From Candidatus Micrarchaeota archaeon (GTDB lineage Archaea; Micrarchaeota; Micrarchaeia; Micrarchaeales; CABMGC01): DNA of 48,487 nt. The position numbers and the translations under genes were made by a program. The stretch spans positions 1 to 48,487 of the forward strand of contig DAHXMA010000012.1 in NCBI GenBank assembly GCA_027365725.1, given 5' to 3'. This document shows, one piece after another, positions 1-9,404 of this stretch (its first letter is position 1; every line of letters starts with the position of its first letter). Under the pieces are notes generated by a model. It worked only from the letters and a program-made list of their open reading frames with translations. It had not been told where the DNA came from and made no database searches.

Positions 1-360
1 AGGATTGCGCAGTGCTTATCTTCAGATGAAGTCATTCGGACTGTAGGCAGGTACGAGAGCGAAACTGCTGTGGTAGTTGTACGAGGGCTAGCAAACGCTG
101 CACGGATTCTCAAAGACAAGGACGCTATGGAAAGGATTGTACAGTGCTTATCGGCAGATGAGGTTATTCGGGCTGTAGGCAGGTACGAAGGCGAAGCTGC
201 GGTGGAAATTGCAGGAGATCTAGTATATTCTGCAGTGAACCTCAAGGACAAAGACATTATGGAAAAAATTGCGCAGGCAGTGGGCAGGTACGAAGGCCAT
301 GCCGCAGTGGAAGTTGCACGGGGGCTATCATATGCTGCACGGGACCTCAAAGATGCAGCT
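1..360 (+). repeat. Degenerate 132-bp coding tandem repeat (2 full units plus 1 shortened unit visible)
   Basis: aggattgcgcagtgcttatc at 1 recurs as aggattgtacagtgcttatc at 133; ggcaggtacga occurs three times. Confidence 0.85.
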
Positions 361-1551
361 ATGATAACGAAATATATGAACATGCTTGACACTGTAAACG
401 GAATGGGGATGATTGATAAAATGGACCCTAAGCATGGGGTAGCGATTGTAAAGGAAGATATTGACGCACTTGTTACTGGCAGAAGGCAGCTGTACGCCTG
501 CCTTGCATATGTAAATAGCAATTGCAGGCTCCCTAAACCCACAGCTGAAAACATAGGCAGCTACCCGTCGGTAGCAAATGATTTTGTAGGCCAGAAATAT
601 AGAATCACCGTGCCGCTGACTTTAGACCACATTGGCCTTCTTTTTTCGCTAAATCCGGACATTTCCAGACGTGCTATAGAATTTGTAAATGCGTCTTCAG
701 TCCAAAATGAAAGGGTGTACACCATAAACGGAGGCATGCGTGCGGCGGGATTTGAATCTGACGCAGAAAAGACGCCGGAGGAGAAGAAGCGGCTTGCGAT
801 AATCGCGATTGTGGGATCAAATGACCCGCAGAGATTTGAGGAGGCGCAGAAGTATATTGGCGCTGTCGTAGGTTACAAGACGGCAAATGCCGCATTTATC
901 TCATTCAATGGAACATGCAAAAAAGAGCACCCCGGCCTGAAAGCGGATGTTATCAGGCTGTTTAATGAAGGCGATTATGACGGCGTGTTTGCCGCACTGC
1001 GCAAGACCGGGATAGAAGCGATATCAGACGTGACGTATGCCGCAGAGGGAGTAAGGTCTCTTGGGCCTGCGGCTTTGGGATCGCGAAAAATTTATGCCTA
1101 TGAAACCAAAAACCCTCTTGAATACGACAGCAGAGTGCTGCTTGCATGCACCTGCATCAATGGAATTTATGCAGAAAAAGGCATGCTGAATTACTGCAAG
1201 GACCAAAACGTGGTCCTTGTTGCATACTCCTTTGGCGGGCAGGCATGCGCTAGCGCAATCTGCTACGTTGAGGGCACAACTTTTCTGGTGGATTCTGTTG
1301 AGGGAAGGGAAAGGATAAGAAATGACGCCTTCTTCAGCGTGGTAAGAAAGGACATTGAAGAGAGGGCAAGGCTGCACGGGGCAGATACCATTATCTTCAG
1401 TAAAGATGCAGGAAATAAGACACCTAACGAATTCCTTGAATTTTTAAGAAGAGAAGGCGCAGCTGAAGGAAGAGTAAAAATGATGCTCAATACAGAGTCA
1501 TATCTAGAAGCAAGACGCGGACGTGTAAATGGATACCTGAGTAAAACCTGA
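1..1551 (+). CDS. Hypothetical helical-repeat protein (5'-truncated by window)
   Basis: Frame is open from base 1; ~44-aa repeats (RIxQCLSxDEVIRxVGRYExExAV...LKDKDxME) are followed by a non-repetitive C-terminal region; stop TGA at 1549-1551. Confidence 0.8.
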   Translation, partial: RIAQCLSSDEVIRTVGRYESETAVVVVRGLANAARILKDKDAMERIVQCLSADEVIRAVGRYEGEAAVEIAGDLVYSAVNLKDKDIMEKIAQAVGRYEGHAAVEVARGLSYAARDLKDAAMITKYMNMLDTVNGMGMIDKMDPKHGVAIVKEDIDALVTGRRQLYACLAYVNSNCRLPKPTAENIGSYPSVANDFVGQKYRITVPLTLDHIGLLFSLNPDISRRAIEFVNASSVQNERVYTINGGMRAAGFESDAEKTPEEKKRLAIIAIVGSNDPQRFEEAQKYIGAVVGYKTANAAFISFNGTCKKEHPGLKADVIRLFNEGDYDGVFAALRKTGIEAISDVTYAAEGVRSLGPAALGSRKIYAYETKNPLEYDSRVLLACTCINGIYAEKGMLNYCKDQNVVLVAYSFGGQACASAICYVEGTTFLVDSVEGRERIRNDAFFSVVRKDIEERARLHGADTIIFSKDAGNKTPNEFLEFLRREGAAEGRVKMMLNTESYLEARRGRVNGYLSKT

Positions 1552-1739
1552 TGCGCAGCTTTTCTGCAGTGTTGATGCGTATTACATATTTTGGATTTAT
1601 GGCACACTGAGGGACCGAAAATCCGGCAACGCAGATTCGTGGCCAGTCAAATCTGGGAAAAATGTGGCATGTGCCGCTAAAGAAAGGTGCATTGGGCTTC
1701 CTGCTCTGATTTGGTTTCTGGCTTTGCGCAAGGTTGAAG

Positions 1740-2642
1740 TCAGTACATTGCCTCAAGGCGCTTTATGCGCTCAGCTGTTGGAGGGTGCGTCGAGAATATG
1801 TTCGAGATGGACCCTGCGCGCAGAGGGTTGGAGAAGTAAAGCGAAGCCGTGACCTCGTTCGCATGCTTTAGCGGGGGCTGGTTGGGCTTTGACACATACG
1901 CCTCTATCTTCTTGAGCGCGCTTGCAAGCGACTGCGGGTCCCTTGTTATCCTTGCGCCGTTTGCGTCTGCCATGTACTCCCTGCGCCTTGATATGGCAAG
2001 CCTCACAAGCATCGCGAATATTGGCGCTATTATTCCCAGGGCCAGCGCTATGAGTATTATCAGGCCGCTGCCGCCGCCACGTCCGCGCCCGCCAAGTCCG
2101 CCGAAGAAGAACATCATTCGCATATATGCGGCAACGAGCCCTATGACCCCTGCAAAAACTACGGCGAGCATCATGAACTGTATGTCGTTGTCCGCTATGT
2201 GTGATACCTCGTGGGATATGACTCCCTCAAGCTCCTGTTTATTCATCATCGCAAGCAGCCCCGAAGTGACAGCCACATATGCGTGCTTCTTGTTCCTCCC
2301 TGTAGCAAATGCGTTTGGGTTCGGATCGTTTATTATGTATACCTGCGGCATTGGGACCTGATTTGCCGCCGCTATTCCTTCAACCGCCTCGTACAGCACC
2401 GGGTTTTGGCTCCTGTCTGCAGGCTTTGCCCCGGATACCTTAAGGACCACCTTGCTTCCTGCGTAGTATGAAAATACGGCATAGGCCAGGATTATTACTG
2501 CGCCTGCAGCGAAGGCGAATGGCCCGCCGCCAAGAAAGAGCACGAAAAAGTATACGATCAGAAGGAAAAAGGCGCAGAATATGCCCATCAGAAGTATTGA
2601 TTTTATCTTGTTGCGGGATATTTCATCGAAATAGTTTGCCAT
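1740..2642 (-). CDS. htpX: HtpX-like M48 zinc metalloprotease
   Basis: PNAFATG, HEVSH (HExxH), SRRREYMAD and STHPP motifs; TM segments; directly downstream of lemA. Confidence 0.95.
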   Translation of the reverse strand: MANYFDEISRNKIKSILLMGIFCAFFLLIVYFFVLFLGGGPFAFAAGAVIILAYAVFSYYAGSKVVLKVSGAKPADRSQNPVLYEAVEGIAAANQVPMPQVYIINDPNPNAFATGRNKKHAYVAVTSGLLAMMNKQELEGVISHEVSHIADNDIQFMMLAVVFAGVIGLVAAYMRMMFFFGGLGGRGRGGGSGLIILIALALGIIAPIFAMLVRLAISRRREYMADANGARITRDPQSLASALKKIEAYVSKPNQPPLKHANEVTASLYFSNPLRAGSISNIFSTHPPTAERIKRLEAMY

Positions 2643-2690
2643 TTTTCCACCTTGTAGTTTAGCTGGCTGCCTGCCAGTGCGGCTCTTGGC

Positions 2691-3326
2691 TTAGCGCTTT
2701 GGCTGGTTTGCTCCAGCTTGCTTTGCGGAAGGAGCCTTTGGCTGCTCTCCGCCTGGGCCGCCAGGGTTAAGATCTCCGAAGTCTACCTTTACAGGCTCAT
2801 CTGCTTCTGGAGGGGCCTGGAAGAATTCCTGCCTGGCGAAGTGGAACATTCCGGCGAAGACATTGCCCGGGAAGGTCTGTATGGCGTTGTTGTAGTCAAG
2901 CACGTAATCGTTGTATGATGTCCTTACGAAGGCTATTTTGTCTTCGGTGACCTCAAGCTCCTGCTGGAGCTGCTGGAAGTTCTGCGATGCCTTCAGGTCT
3001 GGGTAGTTTTCTGCCACTGCGAATATGCTTTTGAGAGCCTGGCTGAGCTGGTTGTTGGCCTCTGCCTTCTGCTGCACAGACCCGTTGACTATGGAGGTCC
3101 TGAGCTCCGTTACTTTTGTGAGCACTCCGCGCTCATATGCGGCGTATCCCTTTACTGTGCTTATAAGGTTCGGAATCAGGTCGTATCTCCTCTTGAGCTG
3201 CACGTCTATCTGCGCCCATGCATCCTGCACACGGTTGCGCTTCTGCACGAATCCGTTGTATAGGACTATTACGACAAGGGCTATTATGATCACTACTGCA
3301 GCGGCTGCTATTTCTAGGAGTACCAT
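2691..3326 (-). CDS. lemA: LemA family protein
   Basis: N-terminal TM, then [34 protein letters not shown] and FP motifs; ATG at 3326 preferred. Confidence 0.95.
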   Translation of the reverse strand: MVLLEIAAAAVVIIIALVVIVLYNGFVQKRNRVQDAWAQIDVQLKRRYDLIPNLISTVKGYAAYERGVLTKVTELRTSIVNGSVQQKAEANNQLSQALKSIFAVAENYPDLKASQNFQQLQQELEVTEDKIAFVRTSYNDYVLDYNNAIQTFPGNVFAGMFHFARQEFFQAPPEADEPVKVDFGDLNPGGPGGEQPKAPSAKQAGANQPKR

Positions 3327-3489
3327 ATTGCCACGGCAGATATCTATGTGGCAAAATTTAAAAACACTAGCTTTTGTTTTGGTTAATCGCTGGCAGCAAA
3401 GCAGTTGGGCCATGGCTTTGCGGCGGCATTACTCGGTTTACACTCCCTGCTCAGTAAGGGTTAAATTTATTTGTTGGCATAATCAGTGC

Positions 3490-3951
3490 ATGGCGATCAG
3501 GTATTGGGAGTATGAGGACGCTCCCATAAAGGAGAAGCTCAAGGACCCCAATGTCAAGGATATCGCAAGGATATATTTCGACAACGACACCAAGGCATAC
3601 CGGTTCTCTAAGGCGCTGTGCGAGGTAAAGAAAAAGGGCAGCCTTAGGCTTAAGGACTGCGGGGACGAGCTTCCTGTTGCCACATGGAAGAGGTATCTTG
3701 ATTTTGGCGTTATGGCAGGTCTGCTTAAGCATGAAAACGGCGCCTATGAATTCACTGACCGGTATTCGAGGCCGTTCAAAAACATCTCGTCTTACATAAA
3801 GGCATGGATGGAGGCGGGCAAGGAGGAGGACCTCCTGGTCTTGTTTGCAAACGCCAGGATAGACAGGCAGAAAAAACGCGGCGGCCGCGGCCCAAAACCT
3901 GCGCAGGAAGCAGAAGTCGCAAGCGGCGCTGCAGCGGAAAATCCCGCTTGA
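3490..3951 (+). CDS. Hypothetical protein, possible winged-helix DNA-binding protein
   Basis: MAIRYWEYED...; LPVATWKRYLDFGVMAGLLKHENGAYEF resembles a wHTH recognition helix plus wing; TATA-like ttaaatttat ~25 nt upstream. Confidence 0.65.
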   Translation: MAIRYWEYEDAPIKEKLKDPNVKDIARIYFDNDTKAYRFSKALCEVKKKGSLRLKDCGDELPVATWKRYLDFGVMAGLLKHENGAYEFTDRYSRPFKNISSYIKAWMEAGKEEDLLVLFANARIDRQKKRGGRGPKPAQEAEVASGAAAENPA

Positions 3952-3955
3952 ACGC

Positions 3956-5392
3956 TCATTGGGCCCTGCGCCACAGGGTGCCAAAGATGCTGTCTTCTAT
4001 GGCTATGCCAAAACGCTTCAGTATCTCTTCGCGCTTCGCATCGGCCTGCGCAAACTTCTTTTCGCTGCGCAGCGACTCCCTTTCTTTTATCAGTGCCAGT
4101 GCCTCTGGAGGAATGGTCTCCTTGTAGCGGTCTTTTTGGAGTATGCCAAGTACTGAGCCTAGCGCAGTTACCACGCCGATGGCTGACTCCTTGGATGCGG
4201 TGCTGACCTGCTCATAGGTCTCTGCGTATTTCCTAAGCGCCTCTATCGCAGAAGACAGGTGAGCTATCGCAAGGGGCGTGTTGAAGTCATCGAGCATCGC
4301 CTCTGAGAATCCTGACCCGAGGCCCTCCATAGCCGCGTCTACCTCTGCGCATTTCTGAGGGCTTGCAACTGTATTCATGTTGTAGAACATCCCAAGTGAC
4401 ATGTACATGTATCCCAGCCTTGATGAGGCCTCCCTGAGCAGCTCCTCGGAGTACGCCATGTCCTTCCTGTAGTGCGTTGAAAGGACGAACAGCCTTACCG
4501 ATTCTGCGTCGAATTTGTTTAGTATGTCCCTTATCCTGACAAAGTTCTTGAGGCTCTTTGACATTTTCTCGCCCTTTATCAGCATTATCCCAGAATGCAG
4601 CCAGTATTTTACGAAGGGGCTTACCCCGAATGCCGCCTCTGCCTGGGCTATCTCGTTGGTATGGTGCGGGAATATTAGCTCTATGGCGCCGCCGTGCAAG
4701 TCGTACTGCTCCCCGAATATGGCATGGGTTATTGCAGTGTCCTCTATGTGCCACCCTGGTCGGCCGGAAAGTGAATGCTCCTTGCCGCCATAGGATAGGG
4801 TAATATCCCATTTGGGCTCTGCCGGCTTGGATGCCTTCCATAAGGCAAAGTCATAGCTGTTCCTCTTGCCCTCCTTCGGCTCTATCCTGTGCTTCTCCAG
4901 GTCCTCCAGCTTCATTCCGGATAGCTTTGTGTAGCTGCTGAACTTCGATACGTCGTAATACACGTCGCCGTCCAGCACATATGCATAGCCTTTGTCAATG
5001 AGAAGCTGTATCTGGGACACCATTTCAGGTATGTAGTCGTGTGAGCGCGGATACATGTCTACGCTTTTCCTTACGCCAATTGCTTCCATGTCCTCCATGA
5101 ACCTTGACTCGAAACGCCTTGCAAGGCCTATCGGATCCGTGCCTTCCTCTGCGGCCCTGCGTATTATCTTGTCGTCTACGTCGGTAATGTTCTGTATGTA
5201 CTTTACCTCGTAGCCAGTGAACCTGAGCCATCTTGCAATCACATCGAAATTGATGTAGTTCTTGGCATGGCCCAAATGGGCGTCATCGTATACGGTCTGG
5301 CCGCATACGAACATGTTCACTTTCCGGCCGTTAATTGGCTTGAAATTCTCCTTGGCCCTTGACAGGGTGTTGTAGACTATTTGGTCTGGCAT
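3956..5392 (-). CDS. cysS: Cysteine--tRNA ligase
   Basis: CGQTVY, HLGH, QNITDVDDKII, DFALWK, GRPGWHIE, FPHH and KMSKS motifs. Confidence 0.96.
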   Translation of the reverse strand: MPDQIVYNTLSRAKENFKPINGRKVNMFVCGQTVYDDAHLGHAKNYINFDVIARWLRFTGYEVKYIQNITDVDDKIIRRAAEEGTDPIGLARRFESRFMEDMEAIGVRKSVDMYPRSHDYIPEMVSQIQLLIDKGYAYVLDGDVYYDVSKFSSYTKLSGMKLEDLEKHRIEPKEGKRNSYDFALWKASKPAEPKWDITLSYGGKEHSLSGRPGWHIEDTAITHAIFGEQYDLHGGAIELIFPHHTNEIAQAEAAFGVSPFVKYWLHSGIMLIKGEKMSKSLKNFVRIRDILNKFDAESVRLFVLSTHYRKDMAYSEELLREASSRLGYMYMSLGMFYNMNTVASPQKCAEVDAAMEGLGSGFSEAMLDDFNTPLAIAHLSSAIEALRKYAETYEQVSTASKESAIGVVTALGSVLGILQKDRYKETIPPEALALIKERESLRSEKKFAQADAKREEILKRFGIAIEDSIFGTLWRRAQ

Positions 5393-5396
5393 GGAA

Positions 5397-6182
5397 TCAT
5401 GACGACGTATTAACTGCTGGGCTTGAAGACATTATGTCAGGGGACGATATGGGCCGCTTGCTCATGTAGAAGCCTGTGACAGCTATGTAATCTAGATTGG
5501 CAGTGCCGCCGCTTGCAGTGCTTGTTCCTGCAACGACCTTTATCTGCACTTCGCGGCATAGCAGTGGAAGGAGCGTTATGCTGGCGTTTTCAAAGGTGCT
5601 TGTTGCATTCTGCTGGTTGCCTGGGACCCTGTATGAATTGAAATAGTCCGTTATTGCCGGGGAGCCGTTGTACAGTATCTGGACGTAGAGCAGGTTGCTC
5701 TGCGGGGAGATTATCTTGAAATTCAGGTAGGGCTCGTTTACCAGGAAGGGATACGAGGTTAAATTGCCGCCCACCACGAGAAGGCCGCCGCGGTAGTTTG
5801 TTGCAAAGAATCTTCCATCATATCCCTGCCACTTCGTGCTGTAGTACTCCTGCTGGCTGTTTGCGTATGACAGGTTGGTTGGGGAGTTGCCAAAGCCTGT
5901 GCCGGAGGTAGACCATCCCGCATACGTGCCTGTTGAAAAGTTGCCGTTGAATATTGACTGGTTGAAGCTTGTCGAAATGCACGACGAGTATGTTGGCGGG
6001 AGGGTTGTGGTGCTTGTTGTTTTTATTGTTGCATTTGGCGCAGCAACGGTTGTGGCGGAGGATGTGCTTATGGAGGTCTGCGCTGGCGGGGCCTGGTGCA
6101 GCGCGCCTGGCAGTATGAAGAAGGCAAGTATGGCTATTATTACAAGGAATATTATGTATACAAGTATTGCCTTGGAGTTCAT
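5397..6182 (-). CDS. Membrane-anchored extracellular protein with Thr-rich linker and putative beta-sandwich (CBM-like) domain
   Basis: N-terminal hydrophobic helix, Ser/Thr stalk, NGNFSTGTYAGWSTSGTGFG segment, several N-x-S/T sequons. Confidence 0.7.
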   Translation of the reverse strand: MNSKAILVYIIFLVIIAILAFFILPGALHQAPPAQTSISTSSATTVAAPNATIKTTSTTTLPPTYSSCISTSFNQSIFNGNFSTGTYAGWSTSGTGFGNSPTNLSYANSQQEYYSTKWQGYDGRFFATNYRGGLLVVGGNLTSYPFLVNEPYLNFKIISPQSNLLYVQILYNGSPAITDYFNSYRVPGNQQNATSTFENASITLLPLLCREVQIKVVAGTSTASGGTANLDYIAVTGFYMSKRPISSPDIMSSSPAVNTSS

Positions 6183-6313
6183 GGAAAGCAATAGCTGTTA
6201 TTCAGGCAAGGTATATATTTGTTTTACAAGCAGGCTGCAGCTGCCTTGCCTGCCGCAGCGGCCTTGGCCCTGCTGCAATAGCGGCATGTGATGCTGCATT
6301 GAGATATGCAAGC

Positions 6314-6320
6314 TTTATAA
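6314..6320 (+). promoter_or_regulatory. Putative TATA box for eL41-ahcY
   Basis: tttataa ~35 nt upstream of the eL41 start; ggtg SD-like motif at 6345-6348. Confidence 0.5.
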
Positions 6321-6354
6321 GTTTGACACTTTCAATACAACATTGGTGCTTGCC

Positions 6355-6468
6355 TTGGGTAGCATACCTAGAAAATGGAAGAAGAAGGGAAGGATGCGCT
6401 GGAAGTGGCTCAAGAAGCGAAGGCGCAGGATAAAGAGGGCGCAGAAGAGAAGGGTAGGCGAGCTCTAG
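6355..6468 (+). CDS. rpl41e: Ribosomal protein eL41 (L41e), archaeal long form; absent from ORF track
   Basis: TTG start; translates to [37 protein letters not shown], containing the MRxKWxKKRxRR eL41 signature. Confidence 0.9.
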   Translation: MGSIPRKWKKKGRMRWKWLKKRRRRIKRAQKRRVGEL

Positions 6469-6492
6469 CTTTGCGGCACAGGCATTGGTTTT

Positions 6493-7734
6493 ATGGATTA
6501 CGATATAGCCGACATCGGGCTTGCAGGACGCGGCGCGCTGCAGCTCGAATGGGCAGCGATGCACATGCCTGCGCTAAAGGAGATAGAGAAGGAATTTGGC
6601 AGGAGCAGGCCGTTTCGCGGCAAGAGGATATCCGCTCTGCTGCATGTTACTAAAGAGACAGGAGTGCTGATGGAGTGCCTGGCTGCAGGAGGGGCCAGGA
6701 TAAGGCTTGGGGCTGGAAATCCGCTGTCCACGCAAGATGACATAGCCGCTGCGCTTGTCAAGGAAGGGGTCCAGGTGTTCGCGTGGAAGGGCGAGAGCGC
6801 AGATGAGTATGGCAAGTGTATTGCAAAGGTTCTGGACTTTGACCCGGACATAATAATAGATGATGGAGCAGACCTGCATGGACTTGCGAACGGAGGGAAA
6901 AGGGAGGTCTCTGCGGTAGGCGGGACAGAGGAAACTACATCTGGGATACACAGGATAAAGGCCATGGAGAAGGACGGCGTGCTCAGGTATCCGATAATGG
7001 CGGTAAACAACGCAAACACGAAATACCTGTTCGACAACAGATATGGAACAGGGCAGAGCACGGTGGACGGCATAATAAGGGCCACCAACATATTCGTCCC
7101 GGGCAAGGTGGCAGTTGTCGGGGGCTATGGATGGGTAGGGCGCGGAGTTGCGATGAGGCTGCGCGGAATAGGCGCAAGGGTCATAGTGACAGAGGTGGAT
7201 CCGCTCAAGGCGATAGAGGCGAACATGGACGGGTTTGACGTTATGCCAATGGACGAGGCGGCAAAGACCGGCGACATATTTGTTACGGCAACAGGGGACA
7301 TAGACATCATCACTGAAAGACATTTTAAGGTCATGAAAGACGGGGCCATATTGTGCAATACCGGGCATTTTGATGTTGAGGTTGACGTTAAGGCGCTCAG
7401 GCGCATTGCGGTAAAGAGAAGGAGGATACGGGAGCATATGGAGGAATACACGCTTAAGGGAGGCAGGCGGCTATTCCTGCTTGCAGAAGGCAGGCTGGTA
7501 AACCTTGGCGCGGCTGAAGGCCATCCTAGCGAGGTTATGGACCTAAGCTTCTGCAACCAGGCTCTTGCTTCGCAGTACGTGCTTGACAACGCAGGCAGGC
7601 TCGAGAACAAGGTATATAGCATGCCCGAGGAGATTGACGCACGGATAGCTGCAATAAAGCTCAGGACCATGGGCATAAGAATAGACAGCCTCAGCGCAAG
7701 GCAGAAAAAGTACCTTGCGCAGTGGGACTTTTGA
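6493..7734 (+). CDS. ahcY: Adenosylhomocysteinase
   Basis: NPLSTQD, DDGAD, EETTSG, KYLFDNRYGTGQS, GYGWVGRG and EGRLVNL...GHP motifs. Confidence 0.97.
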   Translation: MDYDIADIGLAGRGALQLEWAAMHMPALKEIEKEFGRSRPFRGKRISALLHVTKETGVLMECLAAGGARIRLGAGNPLSTQDDIAAALVKEGVQVFAWKGESADEYGKCIAKVLDFDPDIIIDDGADLHGLANGGKREVSAVGGTEETTSGIHRIKAMEKDGVLRYPIMAVNNANTKYLFDNRYGTGQSTVDGIIRATNIFVPGKVAVVGGYGWVGRGVAMRLRGIGARVIVTEVDPLKAIEANMDGFDVMPMDEAAKTGDIFVTATGDIDIITERHFKVMKDGAILCNTGHFDVEVDVKALRRIAVKRRRIREHMEEYTLKGGRRLFLLAEGRLVNLGAAEGHPSEVMDLSFCNQALASQYVLDNAGRLENKVYSMPEEIDARIAAIKLRTMGIRIDSLSARQKKYLAQWDF

Positions 7735-7753
7735 ACCCAGGCAGAGGCTTTTC

Positions 7754-8353
7754 TTAGATATTTGACAGTGTTCTTTTTTGGTACCTTCCGCGCTCCTCGA
7801 CCTCGCGCAGCCTAGCAAGAGTCTCATTGCCCTCTGCCGCATTGCTCCGATATGCGCGTATGAAACTCGAATACTCGGCCCTGGAAAGCTGCCGCTTCAT
7901 AAGGAGCAGGTCAAGTGCGCGCTCCTCGCTTCCTGTAGTAAGAGATGAGAGGCCAAAGTCTATGACGTATACGCGCTTGCCGCTCAGAATAAGGTTGGCA
8001 GGAGTGAAGTCGCCGTGGGCTATGCCTGCATTATGCAATATTGCAAGCTGTACTCCTGCTTCCCTTGTCGCCCCGCTCCCTATGCCTAAAGCGCTGGAAA
8101 GCGTCTTGCCCTTTATCTCCTCTATGTACAAATCATATCTTCCTACTCCAACAAGCCTTGGCACGCTTGCGCCTGACGAGCGGGCCCTGGCAAGCGCTGT
8201 TGCTTCGCGCCTGGTCCTGTATTCGCGTATGCTTGAATCGAGCTCTTTTATCCTGTACCTCTTTGGCTCCCTGCGCTTCACTAATATCCTGCGGCCATAT
8301 AGCTCGGTCCTGTATATCCTTGCCTCTGCTCCCTCTGACACGATAGGCTTCAT
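7754..8353 (-). CDS. bud32: KEOPS complex kinase/ATPase Bud32
   Basis: EGAEA, KRREPKRYR, HGD...N and IDFGL motifs, C-terminal RGRY; adjacent to kae1. Confidence 0.92.
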   Translation of the reverse strand: MKPIVSEGAEARIYRTELYGRRILVKRREPKRYRIKELDSSIREYRTRREATALARARSSGASVPRLVGVGRYDLYIEEIKGKTLSSALGIGSGATREAGVQLAILHNAGIAHGDFTPANLILSGKRVYVIDFGLSSLTTGSEERALDLLLMKRQLSRAEYSSFIRAYRSNAAEGNETLARLREVEERGRYQKRTLSNI

Positions 8354-9331
8354 CTATCTCACCACCTCTGCTGAGTCTATCCTGTACCTCTGCTCTATGG
8401 TGCATTTGCTTAGGCTGGCTTTTATTCCTCTGGAAAGCATCCTCTCGCCTACGAAGGCGATCATGGCCCCGTTGTCTGCATTGAATTCGTTTGCGGCGTA
8501 GCCGATCCTTGCGCCGTGGTCTTTTGCGACAATTGCAAGCATCTCCTTTAGCCTTGAGTTCTGCGCCACTCCGCCGCAGACGCAGATTTCATCGCTGCGC
8601 GTGAGCAGCAGCGCCCGCTCAGTTGCTTCGCACAGCATTGAGAATGATGTTTCCTGCAGCGAAAAGCAGACGTCCCTCTTGGTGTGCAGCTTAAGCTGCC
8701 TCTGAGCGTGCGTGAGTATTCCTGTGAAGGAGAAGTCCATCCCCTTTACAGTGTATGGCATGCTTATGTACGACCCTCCTTGGGCCTGCCGCTCCACGCT
8801 GGATCCCCATGCGGGATTTAGGCCCGCAGCCCTGGCAAAATTATCTAGCATGTTACCTATGCCGATGTCGAATGTTTCCCCTAGCACGCGGTAATGTGCC
8901 TTTCCGTGAGCATCTATTTTCAGTATCTGCGAATTGCCTCCGCTGACGTACAACGCTACCGGGTCTGCCAGATTGGCCATGATCCGCGCTATCTCTATAT
9001 GGCCTATGCCGTGGTTTACCGGGACTATTGGGATGCCGAGCTTTTTTGCCAGCGTCTTTGCGGCAAGCTGGCCTATCTGTAGGCAGCTGCCTATCCCGGG
9101 CCCCTTGGTATATGCTATGCCTTCTATGTCTGCGACAGACACGCCTGCGCCAGAAAGCGCAGACGCTATCACTTCGTTTGCATTGAGTATGTGGTGCTCG
9201 GCTACTTTCTTTGGTATCATGCCAGAGGTTCCAATTTCATACATGGCCTTCTTGTTTGAAAGCACCTTGCCTGCTTCGACTACGCCTGCGCCGAACGTGT
9301 GCGCGCTGCTCTCTATTCCAAGTACAAGCAT
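8354..9331 (-). CDS. kae1: KEOPS t6A synthase Kae1/TsaD
   Basis: LGIESSAHT, GPG, NHGIGHIE, YVSGGN, GGVAQN and DNGAMIA motifs; ATG at 9331. Confidence 0.96.
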   Translation of the reverse strand: MLVLGIESSAHTFGAGVVEAGKVLSNKKAMYEIGTSGMIPKKVAEHHILNANEVIASALSGAGVSVADIEGIAYTKGPGIGSCLQIGQLAAKTLAKKLGIPIVPVNHGIGHIEIARIMANLADPVALYVSGGNSQILKIDAHGKAHYRVLGETFDIGIGNMLDNFARAAGLNPAWGSSVERQAQGGSYISMPYTVKGMDFSFTGILTHAQRQLKLHTKRDVCFSLQETSFSMLCEATERALLLTRSDEICVCGGVAQNSRLKEMLAIVAKDHGARIGYAANEFNADNGAMIAFVGERMLSRGIKASLSKCTIEQRYRIDSAEVVR

Positions 9332-9404
9332 GCTACCAGAATGACTTGTGTGCAGGGAATAAAATAAATAGCTTGTGTGGGCCATAAAAGTCTGGTTGTA
9401 TTGC

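Noticed and set aside
1600-1650. ctgaggga...gaaa segment resembling a hammerhead ribozyme core
   Set aside because: Does not match CUGANGA, and the three required stems cannot be formed
3025-3489. N-terminal half of the 308-aa track ORF
   Set aside because: Antisense shadow of lemA; the real gene most likely starts at 3490
8354-8356. Genome-wide TAG recoding (pyrrolysine or alternative code)
   Set aside because: TAG ends rpoH, rpoB'', rpoA'' and eL41 at their expected C-termini, and no core gene has an internal TAG
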